Origin: a virus
Virus record (IMG/VR): IMGVR_UViG_3300037424_000434
Coordinates: 65,741 to 129,740 of that record
DNA length: 64,000 nucleotides
Strand: one strand, 5' to 3'
The notes beneath the pieces were generated by a model that saw only the letters and a list, made by a program, of their open reading frames with translations, was not told the DNA's origin and did no database searches. Below are positions 22,825 through 32,117 of the stretch, in pieces. Position numbers and translations under genes: made by a program. The first letter of the stretch is position 1, and each line of letters begins with the position of its first letter.

Positions 22825-23480
22825 CTTATATCCTTATTTTTGAGCTTTTTTATACTCTATTGGCACTTGAGTTGCTTTTGTAGTTCTTGGAGTATAACAT
22901 CCCCTCATTGTTATCTTTTGCCGAAATAAAAAACTCCCCATTTAATTCATTAACCGACAAGGATGAGTTGTCGAACCATTTGTTTATGTTTAACATATTT
23001 ATTATGTCTCCATTAAGTAAGTGTTTCGTCTTAACCACAAATACTTAATATCACAGGTAACCTATACAGATCAATGTTTATTTTTCTTTCTTCCGAGTTG
23101 ATCAACAAGTTCCGTTTTCGAGACTCGAAGAAGGTCAAGGAACCTGCGGTAAGTTTCTGCTAAACATTCGTTTCCTTCTGCTTCATATTTTTCTATAAGC
23201 AGAAGGATTCTTTTTTCCTCATCTCTATGTTTTTGGATATCAGCATTCAATCCTATATGTTTCCCGTACTTTCCGAAAAATAAACTCATCACATACCCCC
23301 CCGCTTTTTCTAGAATTTCTTTAACCCGATCATACTCAGCAACATACTTTTTGTGATGGGGGTTTGTCTTAACCACAAATACATTTTATCATAAGTAACC
23401 TATAGTGTCAATAAAAATAACAAAAAAGGGAAGCAGGACAAAAGCCCACTTCCCTTTGGGGATTACCAGTTAATTACTAA

Positions 23481-25205
23481 TTACTTAGGAATCTTGGTGG
23501 TAGTATTGCCTTCGTTACCTTGACGTGAATAACCGTCTCCAAAATCAGCTTTGTTGTAACAAGTTCCTGCTACCCAAACATGTCCAGCAGCGGTACATGT
23601 TGCTTGTGTAGTCAATGTGGTTACGTCTTGAGCGGCAACACAAGTACGAAGAACTGGTTTCCAGTCATAACCCATTTGTTGACATACAGTGGCGGCATAA
23701 TCTTGTGCGCTACTGTTTGTGGTGTATGCAAAATTTGCCAAGCTAAAGTTATCAGCAACTGCTTCTATGCAGCGGCTACCATTCGCGGCTTTGGGCTCGT
23801 ACCAGTTACCACCTGCAACACACTGCTCACGAGCAACCTTGGATGTGATAGTTCCAGCTAATTCGTTTGTGTTAACGGTCCCAAATGCAACGGTCACACA
23901 GTTACCACCAGAGTGAACATATCCAGCGGGGCAGTCGGCTGTTACCAATGCATCACCAGCGAGTTCAGCCGCCGTTTTCTCGCGACAGAAACCATACGAT
24001 TCACGGTTTCCTGCTTGTGCTGTAGTTGTGTCCCATACAAACCGAGACGTAACACCATCGGATAGATAAACAGCCACGCAACGATATTCATCTGTGATAT
24101 CCTCTGCGCGAATGGTATTACCAACAACCTCACCATAAGCGTTTACGGTAGTTGGTTCGGAGAACACAGTGATAGTTCCGTTGTCGATGGTGCGTTTTTG
24201 AACTTGAAGTTGTTGTTGATCAGCTTTGCGAACAACCGTGACGGTGGGGTCGTTGTCGGAATTTGACCCAACATAAACACCAGTGGCGACTTGGTTCAGT
24301 TTGCGAGAAACAAATACTGTATTCTCATTTCCATCAGAATATCCTGTACCAGCACCGCCCACGGTTAAAGTAAGAACCGTTCCAAGGGCGTCCACGGTAG
24401 CAACTACACCTGTACCAGCAACACCCCCGGAGATAGCAACAACATCGCCTACGCGATAATTGTATCCACCATCAACAGCGGTAAGTGTGTCAATAACCCC
24501 AAGGGTTTCGGCTACAGTAACAACAAGACCATTACCTGTCTTATATTCTTCAATCACACCACCAAGTTCATATTGGTTGTGGTTGTAGTAAGAAACTGGA
24601 TCAGCTATACCAACTTCTCCTGTGCCGATATAAGTTACGGTTTCTGCATCAGCAGTTACATAACCGGTTCCGCCATCAACAACAGTGAACGCCGAAACAA
24701 CACCGCCTGTCTCGGGTGTATCACCAACCAAAGCCGAGGCAGTGACAGTACCAGTAATACCCGACCCAAGAAGATCGGATGACGTTTCGCTAGCAGAAAC
24801 AACATCACCGGTAATCCAACCGGTTCCGCCAACAGTAACAGTGGTTGTAGCGGCTTGACCGACAATAGTAGCAACTGTTGTATCAAGCGAACCTGTTCCC
24901 AGTGAAGAGAAATCCACATTTTCTACTAAAACGATTGTGTCTGTAGCAACATAACCTGTGCCAGCAGTAACAATAGAAAGTGTTGGAACTAAAAGAGCGT
25001 CAATTGTAACGGCGACGGTACATCCTGTCCCCGAACCACCACTTGTAGTTGCATAACCAAGTCCAGTGTTATCATAAGTTCCTTCTACCAGAACACCGTT
25101 TGCGTTATCCACGGTTGCTGCAAGAGTTGCTGGGATACCAGTTAACGTGGTAACCGTAAACTCAAATGCTGTTACTGGTCTTGCTTGTTTTAATCCAAGA
25201 GCCAT
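23481..25205 (-). CDS. Gly/Thr/Val-rich virion surface or fibre protein with Cys-rich C-terminus
   Basis: Repeated GxGY..GD units; C-terminal CxxxGxxW repeats; GGAGG RBS before MALGLK. Confidence 0.7.
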   Translation of the reverse strand: MALGLKQARPVTAFEFTVTTLTGIPATLAATVDNANGVLVEGTYDNTGLGYATTSGGSGTGCTVAVTIDALLVPTLSIVTAGTGYVATDTIVLVENVDFSSLGTGSLDTTVATIVGQAATTTVTVGGTGWITGDVVSASETSSDLLGSGITGTVTASALVGDTPETGGVVSAFTVVDGGTGYVTADAETVTYIGTGEVGIADPVSYYNHNQYELGGVIEEYKTGNGLVVTVAETLGVIDTLTAVDGGYNYRVGDVVAISGGVAGTGVVATVDALGTVLTLTVGGAGTGYSDGNENTVFVSRKLNQVATGVYVGSNSDNDPTVTVVRKADQQQLQVQKRTIDNGTITVFSEPTTVNAYGEVVGNTIRAEDITDEYRCVAVYLSDGVTSRFVWDTTTAQAGNRESYGFCREKTAAELAGDALVTADCPAGYVHSGGNCVTVAFGTVNTNELAGTITSKVAREQCVAGGNWYEPKAANGSRCIEAVADNFSLANFAYTTNSSAQDYAATVCQQMGYDWKPVLRTCVAAQDVTTLTTQATCTAAGHVWVAGTCYNKADFGDGYSRQGNEGNTTTKIPK

Positions 25206-25611
25206 AATTTTTCCTCCAAATATTTGTATTATATATAACCCAAAAGGGTTCTTGCTTCTATTTATGATATGAAAAATATTTTCCAGAATTTTAGTTGGAC
25301 AAAATCTCATATAATGTCATGGTAATATTGACGTTTTCGGGTTTCCAGCCCATTTCGTCCGAAATATAAAAGGCGATAATTTTAGGCAAAGACAAGTTTG
25401 GATTACCGAAATCTATTTTGTACACATCTTCTGGCGAAAGATTTGTCTCGTGACATGCAATTGTTTCCGCTAACTGTATTAAAGTGATATCTTTTGGTAT
25501 CTGTTTATATGAAATGTTCCATTCTTTTTTTATGATATTTTTAAGCTGTCTCATCCCAGACATTAAGTTCTCCTAAAAAAGCCCCCATGTTAACAGGAGG
25601 GGCTTTTGTTT

Positions 25612-27171
25612 TCAGATTTCAATACTATTAATCAGATCCAAGGCAGTTTCGCCATTATCCATCGCATCCATTACGTCGAAAACTTTATCACTCCATCCCG
25701 AAATTAACGTAACATCATTGTCTCGCAGAGAGACCGGAACGGTACCGTATCCACAAAGATCAAACAAATATAGTCTCGCGTTTGGGTTTTGTGTTTTATA
25801 TTTTTTCCACTCTTTATTGATATCAGACCCCGTGTTACTGGTTCCGTACATTTGACAGTCGGTGAATATCAAAATTTTATCGAAATCTACCCGAGCAGCG
25901 TTTGCGTATTCAAGAACTTTATACCCCAAAGTGCTGTACCCCACTCTGCCCTCAAGTTCATATACCTTTTCGGAATTCCGTAGAATACCTGTTTTAGGGA
26001 AAGGATACACTTCAAACTTATCCCCAAACAACCCTGTAACGGTATTTTTTGCTTTGTGGTGTACCAACATCGCAAGCACGGACCCAATATCATAATACTG
26101 AACAACCGAATGGGGGGACACTGGATGACACATGGACCCGGATACATCCGTCGCGATCAACACATTTTCCCCATCAAACATTGGGATATTTTGTGTAGAA
26201 TGTATAATGGCGGTTTCTAACGCTTCCAAAACTTTTCCGAGTTGTGGATTACCAATCACATTGTCTTTTACTGCACAAGGCACTGTACCGCAAAGACGTC
26301 TCTTCGGAACAGGAGCAACCCCTGTTGTTAGCATACGATATGCAGACAAAAATCGGAACGGCAATTGGCGACTGCTTTTGACAGCGGTTTCGTTACTCAA
26401 ATAATCACATACTTGAGTAATAGATGCACCAGAACACCCGGCATCAAGGATGTTGCGTAGGTTACGCAATAAGGCCATATACCCAACCTTTTTTGACGCG
26501 ATCAATTCTTCCCATACATCTTTTTTGGATTCCCCGTTCTGTCCTGCTTCGGACAATCTGGTTTCCCATGTATAGGGAATGTCAAGAGTCCCGTTGGCTA
26601 TTTTCTGAAACAAAGCTTTTTGGGCTTCATTGACGGGTTTGGGGTGTGAAAGAAATAATGCATCACGAAGACGGATTTCACTGTCACGATTATATTTTCC
26701 AAAGGCGTATTCGTCAAACTTGCCGAAAGCACCAGCAAGCCCCTTTTCCAATTGTTTAGATAGCCTGTTTAGTTTTTTTGTACCAACACGTTGATTAGCG
26801 GTTTGGTAATATCCAAGAATTTCGGTAAGTTCGTCTGCTCGTTGAATAACACGTTGTACTAAACGACTGACAAGGTTGTCACCTTTGTGAACTCGGGCAA
26901 GCTCTACAGTCAAAACCAAAGGAATTGTACGTAGGTTCATTTTCTCACGTGCGTACACGGCGAGTTTTGCGACAAACTCGGCGTCACATATTTTCACGAG
27001 ATTACGGACACGTTGAACAGTATCTTTTGGTCCCTCATAATATTTTGGATACAACGATGCTGTACAAACAGTGCTGTACAGTTCCATTTCTGGAGTAAGT
27101 GTATAAGCTACTCCCCCTTCAAGGTTTGTGGTTTTTGTGCGGTCTTTTGCTGTTTGGTTGAATCTAGTCAT
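25612..27171 (-). CDS. rsr: Ro60 (TROVE + vWA) RNA-binding protein
   Basis: N.EGG.AY, KLAVYAREKMNLR, KY...LRDALFLSHPKP, TWE..LS, MALLRNLRN, QLPFRFLSAY, vWA MIDAS DVSGSM, IFTD; GGAGG RBS before MTRFNQ. Confidence 0.95.
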   Translation of the reverse strand: MTRFNQTAKDRTKTTNLEGGVAYTLTPEMELYSTVCTASLYPKYYEGPKDTVQRVRNLVKICDAEFVAKLAVYAREKMNLRTIPLVLTVELARVHKGDNLVSRLVQRVIQRADELTEILGYYQTANQRVGTKKLNRLSKQLEKGLAGAFGKFDEYAFGKYNRDSEIRLRDALFLSHPKPVNEAQKALFQKIANGTLDIPYTWETRLSEAGQNGESKKDVWEELIASKKVGYMALLRNLRNILDAGCSGASITQVCDYLSNETAVKSSRQLPFRFLSAYRMLTTGVAPVPKRRLCGTVPCAVKDNVIGNPQLGKVLEALETAIIHSTQNIPMFDGENVLIATDVSGSMCHPVSPHSVVQYYDIGSVLAMLVHHKAKNTVTGLFGDKFEVYPFPKTGILRNSEKVYELEGRVGYSTLGYKVLEYANAARVDFDKILIFTDCQMYGTSNTGSDINKEWKKYKTQNPNARLYLFDLCGYGTVPVSLRDNDVTLISGWSDKVFDVMDAMDNGETALDLINSIEI

Positions 27172-27217
27172 TTTGATACCTCCAAGAATTAATACGTCAT
27201 TTTCGGTTAAAAGATGG

Positions 27218-27313
27218 ATAAAAAGGACAACAAGCGAACAGAGCATATACGCGGGGCTATGCCCGCAATTTTCATTTGAAGTGAAGTATCTCTATACTAC
27301 GGCACCTTTTTAT
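27218..27313 (-). ncRNA. Y RNA-like ncRNA 1 (about 96 nt)
   Basis: Ends pair (ATAAAAAGG/CCTTTTTAT); 5' motif UGCCGUAGUAUAGAGAUACUUC; internal hairpin GCGGG-catagc-CCCGC; adjacent to Ro60. Confidence 0.75.
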
Positions 27314-27323
27314 TATGGGTAAA

Positions 27324-27538
27324 GAAACTATTGAGAAATTGCCACCAAGAGACACCGAAGGGTATGATTTAGTTGTTGGTCAATCCTTCTGTTGTATTTA
27401 ACGTGTTTCTGGGTTTATTCCAGAACACGAATATCCGTATTGTGTTTTGTGTTTTATGCTTCACGTTGGTGATTCGGGAATATTATACCACCATATCTGT
27501 AAGTAGAAGTAACTCTTAACTACGTCATCAATAGTTTC
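27324..27538 (-). ncRNA. Y RNA-like ncRNA 2 (about 215 nt)
   Basis: Ends pair over 11 bp (GAAACTATTGA/TCAATAGTTTC); 5' motif UGACGUAGUUAAGAGUUACUUC (18/22 identical to RNA 1); UUAAGAG pairs with CUCUUGG. Confidence 0.75.
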
Positions 27539-27582
27539 GATTGTCAAAGATCAACACACAAGATTCCTCTTTGGTGTGGTAG

Positions 27583-27613
27583 TATTTATATCACTTTCAA
27601 CTCATTATGTAAA
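27583..27613 (-). promoter_or_regulatory. Promoter of the Y RNA-Ro60 operon (overlapping sigma70 and T4-late signals)
   Basis: TTTACA-17nt-TATAAA whose -10 is also TATAAATA. Confidence 0.65.
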
Positions 27614-27719
27614 CATGACTTTCGGGGAAAAAATATATATTTTTGTAAAAGAAAAAACCCCTTAAACATCAAGGGGTTATATCATCGCATTAAATTATAG
27701 GGAGCTAGGGATTAATCGC

Positions 27720-27926
27720 TCACTCCACCCGGAAGTATTCTTTTAATTTTTTCTTGGGTTTCTTTTTCTTTTTTGTTATAATGTTTTTTCTTTTTTCGAG
27801 TTTTTCTATATCCATTGTATTTGTACCGGGATTGATTCCTATAACCCCGTCAGCCCCAGCACCTGATCCAACAGTTCCTGCGCCGTCCTCATCAAGGATA
27901 TAGTTTATTCTGTCCAAGATGTCCAT
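27720..27926 (-). CDS. Small basic putative internal head protein
   Basis: MDILDRINYILDE start nearly identical to 29487..29744; Lys-rich tail. Confidence 0.6.
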   Translation of the reverse strand: MDILDRINYILDEDGAGTVGSGAGADGVIGINPGTNTMDIEKLEKRKNIITKKKKKPKKKLKEYFRVE

Positions 27927-28534
27927 TATAGAGCGTCCACTTTTTTGTAATCTTTATCCAATCCCACCAGAGATATGATGCCTTTCATGTGATGTATTAA
28001 TTTGTTTTTGATTTCTGGTAAGGCGTTTTTTGCAACATCAATTAAGTTTTCTATTGCTTTGGATGCTTTATCCACACTAGCTCCGGCAGCTTCTTTGACA
28101 TTTGCCCACAAGTGCCATCCGGTGATAGCGTCAATGGTATGGATCGGGCCTGTAATTACATGTAGAGTAGCCATATCCAAGTTTAACAAAAAAGCCAACA
28201 CATCTTCTTTTTTTATTTCAGTATTAGCCAGTTCTTTGACTTTGGCTATCGCCTCTTTATCCCCTGTGGCGGATTTTAGAGCATACCAAACAAACTTTGC
28301 TAATACAGTGCCACCCTTCATTGCTTGTTGGACAAGACCGTCTCCTTTATGTAGATGTAGACCTGCTTTAGATAATAACTTCCCAGCGGTATCTGCTAGG
28401 TCTTTCAGTCCAAAAGCCTCATCCAATCGATTAATATCCGCTTCCATAAACATAGAAAGCTCCAACAAAGCGGTCATATCTCTAAGTTCTTCGATGGTAT
28501 ACTGGTATTGTGTTAATTTATGTATAATGTCCAT
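27926..28534 (-). CDS. Hypothetical helical protein (late operon)
   Basis: MDIIHKL start, GAGG RBS, stop overlaps next start. Confidence 0.7.
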   Translation of the reverse strand: MDIIHKLTQYQYTIEELRDMTALLELSMFMEADINRLDEAFGLKDLADTAGKLLSKAGLHLHKGDGLVQQAMKGGTVLAKFVWYALKSATGDKEAIAKVKELANTEIKKEDVLAFLLNLDMATLHVITGPIHTIDAITGWHLWANVKEAAGASVDKASKAIENLIDVAKNALPEIKNKLIHHMKGIISLVGLDKDYKKVDAL

Positions 28535-28557
28535 TACAATCCTCTAATTAATTATTT

Positions 28558-29043
28558 TTATGGGTATATTTCAATGACTTTCTCGCCAGCAACATAATCT
28601 TGAGACGCAACGGCGGAATTTGTGTCGGGAATTCGGCCAACAACTCTATATGCTTCACCTGAAACCACGTCCGGGGTGTTTGTTACAAATACAGTATATA
28701 GGTTGGTGGATACGTCATAGGTAACATCCGATACTTCACAAAAAACCCCACCAATATCCAGAACAAAAATACCATGACCTGTATCCATTCTTGCTTGTCC
28801 ATCAAAATTTACGGTTTTGGATGCAAACGAAGCTACCGCAGATGCTGTTTCTGATGCATACACGTATAATCCGGCATTCTTAAACTCGGTGAATTCAAGC
28901 GGAACCGCGCCGACAACCCCCACGAACTGTACAGGAGCTATCACAGACAAGGCCGCTCCGTTTGCAATGGTTGCTCCGGTAGGGCAAATAAAAGGTTCTG
29001 TGTACCCTGTATATGAATATCCGTTCTTTGGTACTATTGCCAT
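28558..29043 (-). CDS. Probable virion protein (beta-rich)
   Basis: GGAGG RBS; TATAAATA at 29091-29084. Confidence 0.65.
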   Translation of the reverse strand: MAIVPKNGYSYTGYTEPFICPTGATIANGAALSVIAPVQFVGVVGAVPLEFTEFKNAGLYVYASETASAVASFASKTVNFDGQARMDTGHGIFVLDIGGVFCEVSDVTYDVSTNLYTVFVTNTPDVVSGEAYRVVGRIPDTNSAVASQDYVAGEKVIEIYP

Positions 29044-29151
29044 TATGTTAATCCTCCATCATATATTGCATGATCTTCATATGTATTTATAAAAACATAA
29101 ATACCAGTAACCATGACTGGTTTGAAGAAAATTAAGTAACGAGGTGGTAAT

Positions 29152-29487
29152 ATGGACATTATAGAAAAGATAGATTTATTGGTAGGAGAAGATATCAATG
29201 AGAGTCAGGCACTGCAAGCGATGTCAAACATTTTAGCTGACATTAACTCTTCATCAACAGATGCTCAATTGACTGCCGCAGCAATGAAAGCAGAAGACCT
29301 TATAAATAAATTTGGAAAGAAGAGTTTGAGTTTATCTATTGCTCGTTTTTTTGGTGGGAAAAAGAACAACCCAAACGCAGAAGAAATGTTTTCTAGGTTC
29401 GAAAAAGCCGTAGCACGAAGACGTGGAGACTTGGACGCAAGAGAAATGAGAAAAAATTATGAAAAGTTCAAGTATGATAATCTATAA
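29152..29487 (+). CDS. Putative internal head protein
   Basis: MDIIEKIDLLVGE..INE; CATAAATA at 29096 back-to-back with the minus-strand late promoter. Confidence 0.6.
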   Translation: MDIIEKIDLLVGEDINESQALQAMSNILADINSSSTDAQLTAAAMKAEDLINKFGKKSLSLSIARFFGGKKNNPNAEEMFSRFEKAVARRRGDLDAREMRKNYEKFKYDNL

Positions 29488-29744
29488 TGGATATATTAGA
29501 CCGCATTAATATGGTATTGGAGGCAGAAAATAAGCCTGACTCCCGTACCGATAAATTGAAATTAAAGATTCAAGGTCTTCAGAAGGATCTGGTTGATCAG
29601 AACGAGCGAATGGGGTACATGAACTCAAAAAAAGAAAATGCTGATGAAAAAGAGATAAACCATCTTGACCAAGAGATTGCAAGGATGGCACAGAAAGCGG
29701 ATAGAATCAAAGAAGAGATTGCAAGACTTAAAGGAAAGCTATGA
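29487..29744 (+). CDS. Coiled-coil putative internal head protein
   Basis: MDILDRINMVLEAE start; heptad pattern. Confidence 0.6.
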   Translation: MDILDRINMVLEAENKPDSRTDKLKLKIQGLQKDLVDQNERMGYMNSKKENADEKEINHLDQEIARMAQKADRIKEEIARLKGKL

Positions 29745-29876
29745 ATCTTGATGATGTTTGTGTTCAATTGGACAAAGAAAGTGATGGGGTCATGGATATA
29801 TCCGAGTGTACAAAAAAGATTCTTTTGTTATTAGCTGAACAGGATTTAATAGAAGAAGGTACATGTGAATTGATCG

Positions 29877-29981
29877 ATGGATAGACGTTCGATAAAAAGA
29901 CATATCAGGAAATCCGATATACTATACACCCCGGTATATTATGAAAAATATGTAGGGAAACCATTAGGAGAATGTATATGA
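29877..29981 (+). pseudogene. Displaced 5' fragment of gp4
   Basis: Encodes MDRRSIKRHIRKSDILYTPVYYEKYVGKP; YTPVYYEKY.GK is repeated in 30790..31257. Confidence 0.75.
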
Positions 29982-30793
29982 AGTGTGAAATATGTAATCG
30001 AGATGTTAAATCTTTTGGTTCTCTTGCGCAACATGTAAACAAGACACACAACATATTATCGGAAGAATATTACAAAAAATATCTTTTGGTTGATTGTTTG
30101 TGTGTTGTTTGTTCCAATCCAACACCTTTTATAAATCTATCAAAAGGATACCAGAAAACGTGTTCCAGAAGTTGTTCGATTAAATATACTAGAAAAAAAT
30201 TAAAAGAAAATCCTGAACTGCACAAAAAGTTTACCGAAAAAGTTTCATGTAATATGAAGGAATTGTGGAAAGGGGATGAGATTGGAAGAATTAACCGAAT
30301 GACAAAAACAAAACAGGTAACCATATCAAATATGTCAGTGGAAGAAAGAAGTGAAAAGTTTGGTTGGTTGAACAGTGTTCCAGATAATAAAAGGGAATAT
30401 TATATAGACAGAATTCAAGTGGGGTTAAAACAATGGCATAAAGATGCGTCTGATTCTGATTTAAAAGAATTATATGAAAAGGTACGAAGAACAAAATTGG
30501 GTGATAGATATTGTGATGAAGTTATGAGTAGATTTTATATGTATAGACAAGAGGTAAGATATTTGACCGAAAAAACATACAAAGAATATAAAGCCATAAT
30601 AAACCCAAACAACCACGCACGAAGTAAGAATGGTTGGCAATTAGACCATAAATATAGTATTGTTAAAGGTTTTGATAACAAAATAGAACCAGAGATTATG
30701 GCATCAGTTACAAATCTACAAATATTATCAGCACTTGATAATAACAAAAAGAGTGTTAGATGTGATATATCTATAAAAGAGTTATTGTTATGA
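29972..30793 (+). CDS. HNH-type homing endonuclease with zinc fingers
   Basis: C2H2 and CxxC fingers; QLDHKYSI..GF..N.....NLQIL...N..K. Confidence 0.8.
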   Translation: MYMKCEICNRDVKSFGSLAQHVNKTHNILSEEYYKKYLLVDCLCVVCSNPTPFINLSKGYQKTCSRSCSIKYTRKKLKENPELHKKFTEKVSCNMKELWKGDEIGRINRMTKTKQVTISNMSVEERSEKFGWLNSVPDNKREYYIDRIQVGLKQWHKDASDSDLKELYEKVRRTKLGDRYCDEVMSRFYMYRQEVRYLTEKTYKEYKAIINPNNHARSKNGWQLDHKYSIVKGFDNKIEPEIMASVTNLQILSALDNNKKSVRCDISIKELLL

Positions 30794-31257
30794 TAGGTAA
30801 TATAAAAAAACAGCCATCACATTGTGGATATTATACCCCAGTTTATTATGAAAAATATACAGGAAAATTACCGATTAGGATAATGTCATCTTGGGAGGCG
30901 GCGTTTTGCCGTTGGGCTGACTATTCTCAGGCAATTGTGAGATGGGCCAGCGAAGATATTATTATTAAATTCCAAGATCCCATTGAGCCAGTAAAATACG
31001 GAAAACCTCACTGGAGGAGCTATTACCCAGATTTTACAATAGAAACAGAGAAAGGTGAAATATTTTTAATAGAAGTAAAACCATTAAAGCAAACAAAACC
31101 GCCAGTACGTAGTTCAAAAAAAAGTCAGAAGACATTGTTGTTAGAAATAAAAACATGGAGAACGAATCAGGCAAAATTTGCTGCCGCCGAAAACTATTGC
31201 AAACGCCGGGGCTGGAAATTTAAAATAATAACCGAGAAGGAGTTATTCGGAAAGTAA
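30790..31257 (+). CDS. gp4: Head completion nuclease, T4 gp4-like
   Basis: KY.G...I..SSWE..F..W.D, W.SE, YYPDF, IEVKP..QT.PP, NQAK..AA..YC..RGWKF.IITEKEL. Confidence 0.92.
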   Translation: MIGNIKKQPSHCGYYTPVYYEKYTGKLPIRIMSSWEAAFCRWADYSQAIVRWASEDIIIKFQDPIEPVKYGKPHWRSYYPDFTIETEKGEIFLIEVKPLKQTKPPVRSSKKSQKTLLLEIKTWRTNQAKFAAAENYCKRRGWKFKIITEKELFGK

Positions 31258-32117
31258 TGGCGCTAATTTCGGATAGAGATAAGGGGAAATCGACAGCACA
31301 GTTTATATGTGATGAATGCTCATCTGTCTTTAAAGGGAACTATTATGTGTTAACAAAAAAGTATACATTTGTGCAGGAGTTGTTCGTGTAAAAATGGATG
31401 GAATCTCAAACATCACAAAAATGGAAAATATTTAACAGAAGAACAGAAATCGTTTATTGTATGTTTATATGGAGACAACCAACTAGATGAACATTTTCCT
31501 AAAACAAAAACAAATAAACTGAGAATCAAGTGTGGCAAATGTAGTTTGGAGTATGACACCAATAACTATGATTTTCTTGAAAAATTTCCAAACAATATAT
31601 GTTCATCGTGTATACAGAAGAGGGTGTGGGTGGAGAATTATGATCAATTTTGTATCACAAGAAATACCCCGGAATATAAAATCAATATATGTGATTCAGT
31701 AAAGACCTCATTAAAACATATTGCATCAAGAAAAACTCTGCCGCAAAAGCCGTTGAGTATTGGAATAACGTTAGAGGGTTCACTCGTGAAGAATTGTGGA
31801 GTGAATATATGTTGTATAAAAAAATTACTTATAATATGACAGAAAGAGTATACAGACAATATATAAATAAGATAAACCCGAATAACCTAAACAGAACTGA
31901 CTATCATCTCGATCACATATATTCAATATTAGAGGGGTTTAAAAATAACATACCACCATACATTATATCTGATTTATGTAATTTGCAGATGATACCTCGA
32001 ATTGATAATATCAGAAAAAACTGTAGATGTGATATGACAAAGGAGGAATTGATGATCAAAATTTTTGATAAGGAGGACGCGATGGTAGCGGAACAATATA
32101 ATGGCCTTAAGTGTTAA
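31257..32117 (+). pseudogene. HNH homing endonuclease, paralog of 29972..30793, with two frameshifts
   Basis: Continuous ORF from ATG 31257 if A-runs at 31355-31360 and 31731-31735 are corrected; HLDHIYSI..GFKN..NLQMI..N..K. Confidence 0.7.

Noticed and set aside
27218..27538. tRNA genes here or elsewhere in the window
   Set aside because: No cloverleaf with a GTTCRANTC T-loop was recognised by eye; tRNAscan-SE or ARAGORN would be decisive.
29877..30867. Group I intron in gp4
   Set aside because: The HNH ORF overlaps both flanks, leaving no room for a ribozyme core, and the exon sequence is duplicated rather than split.
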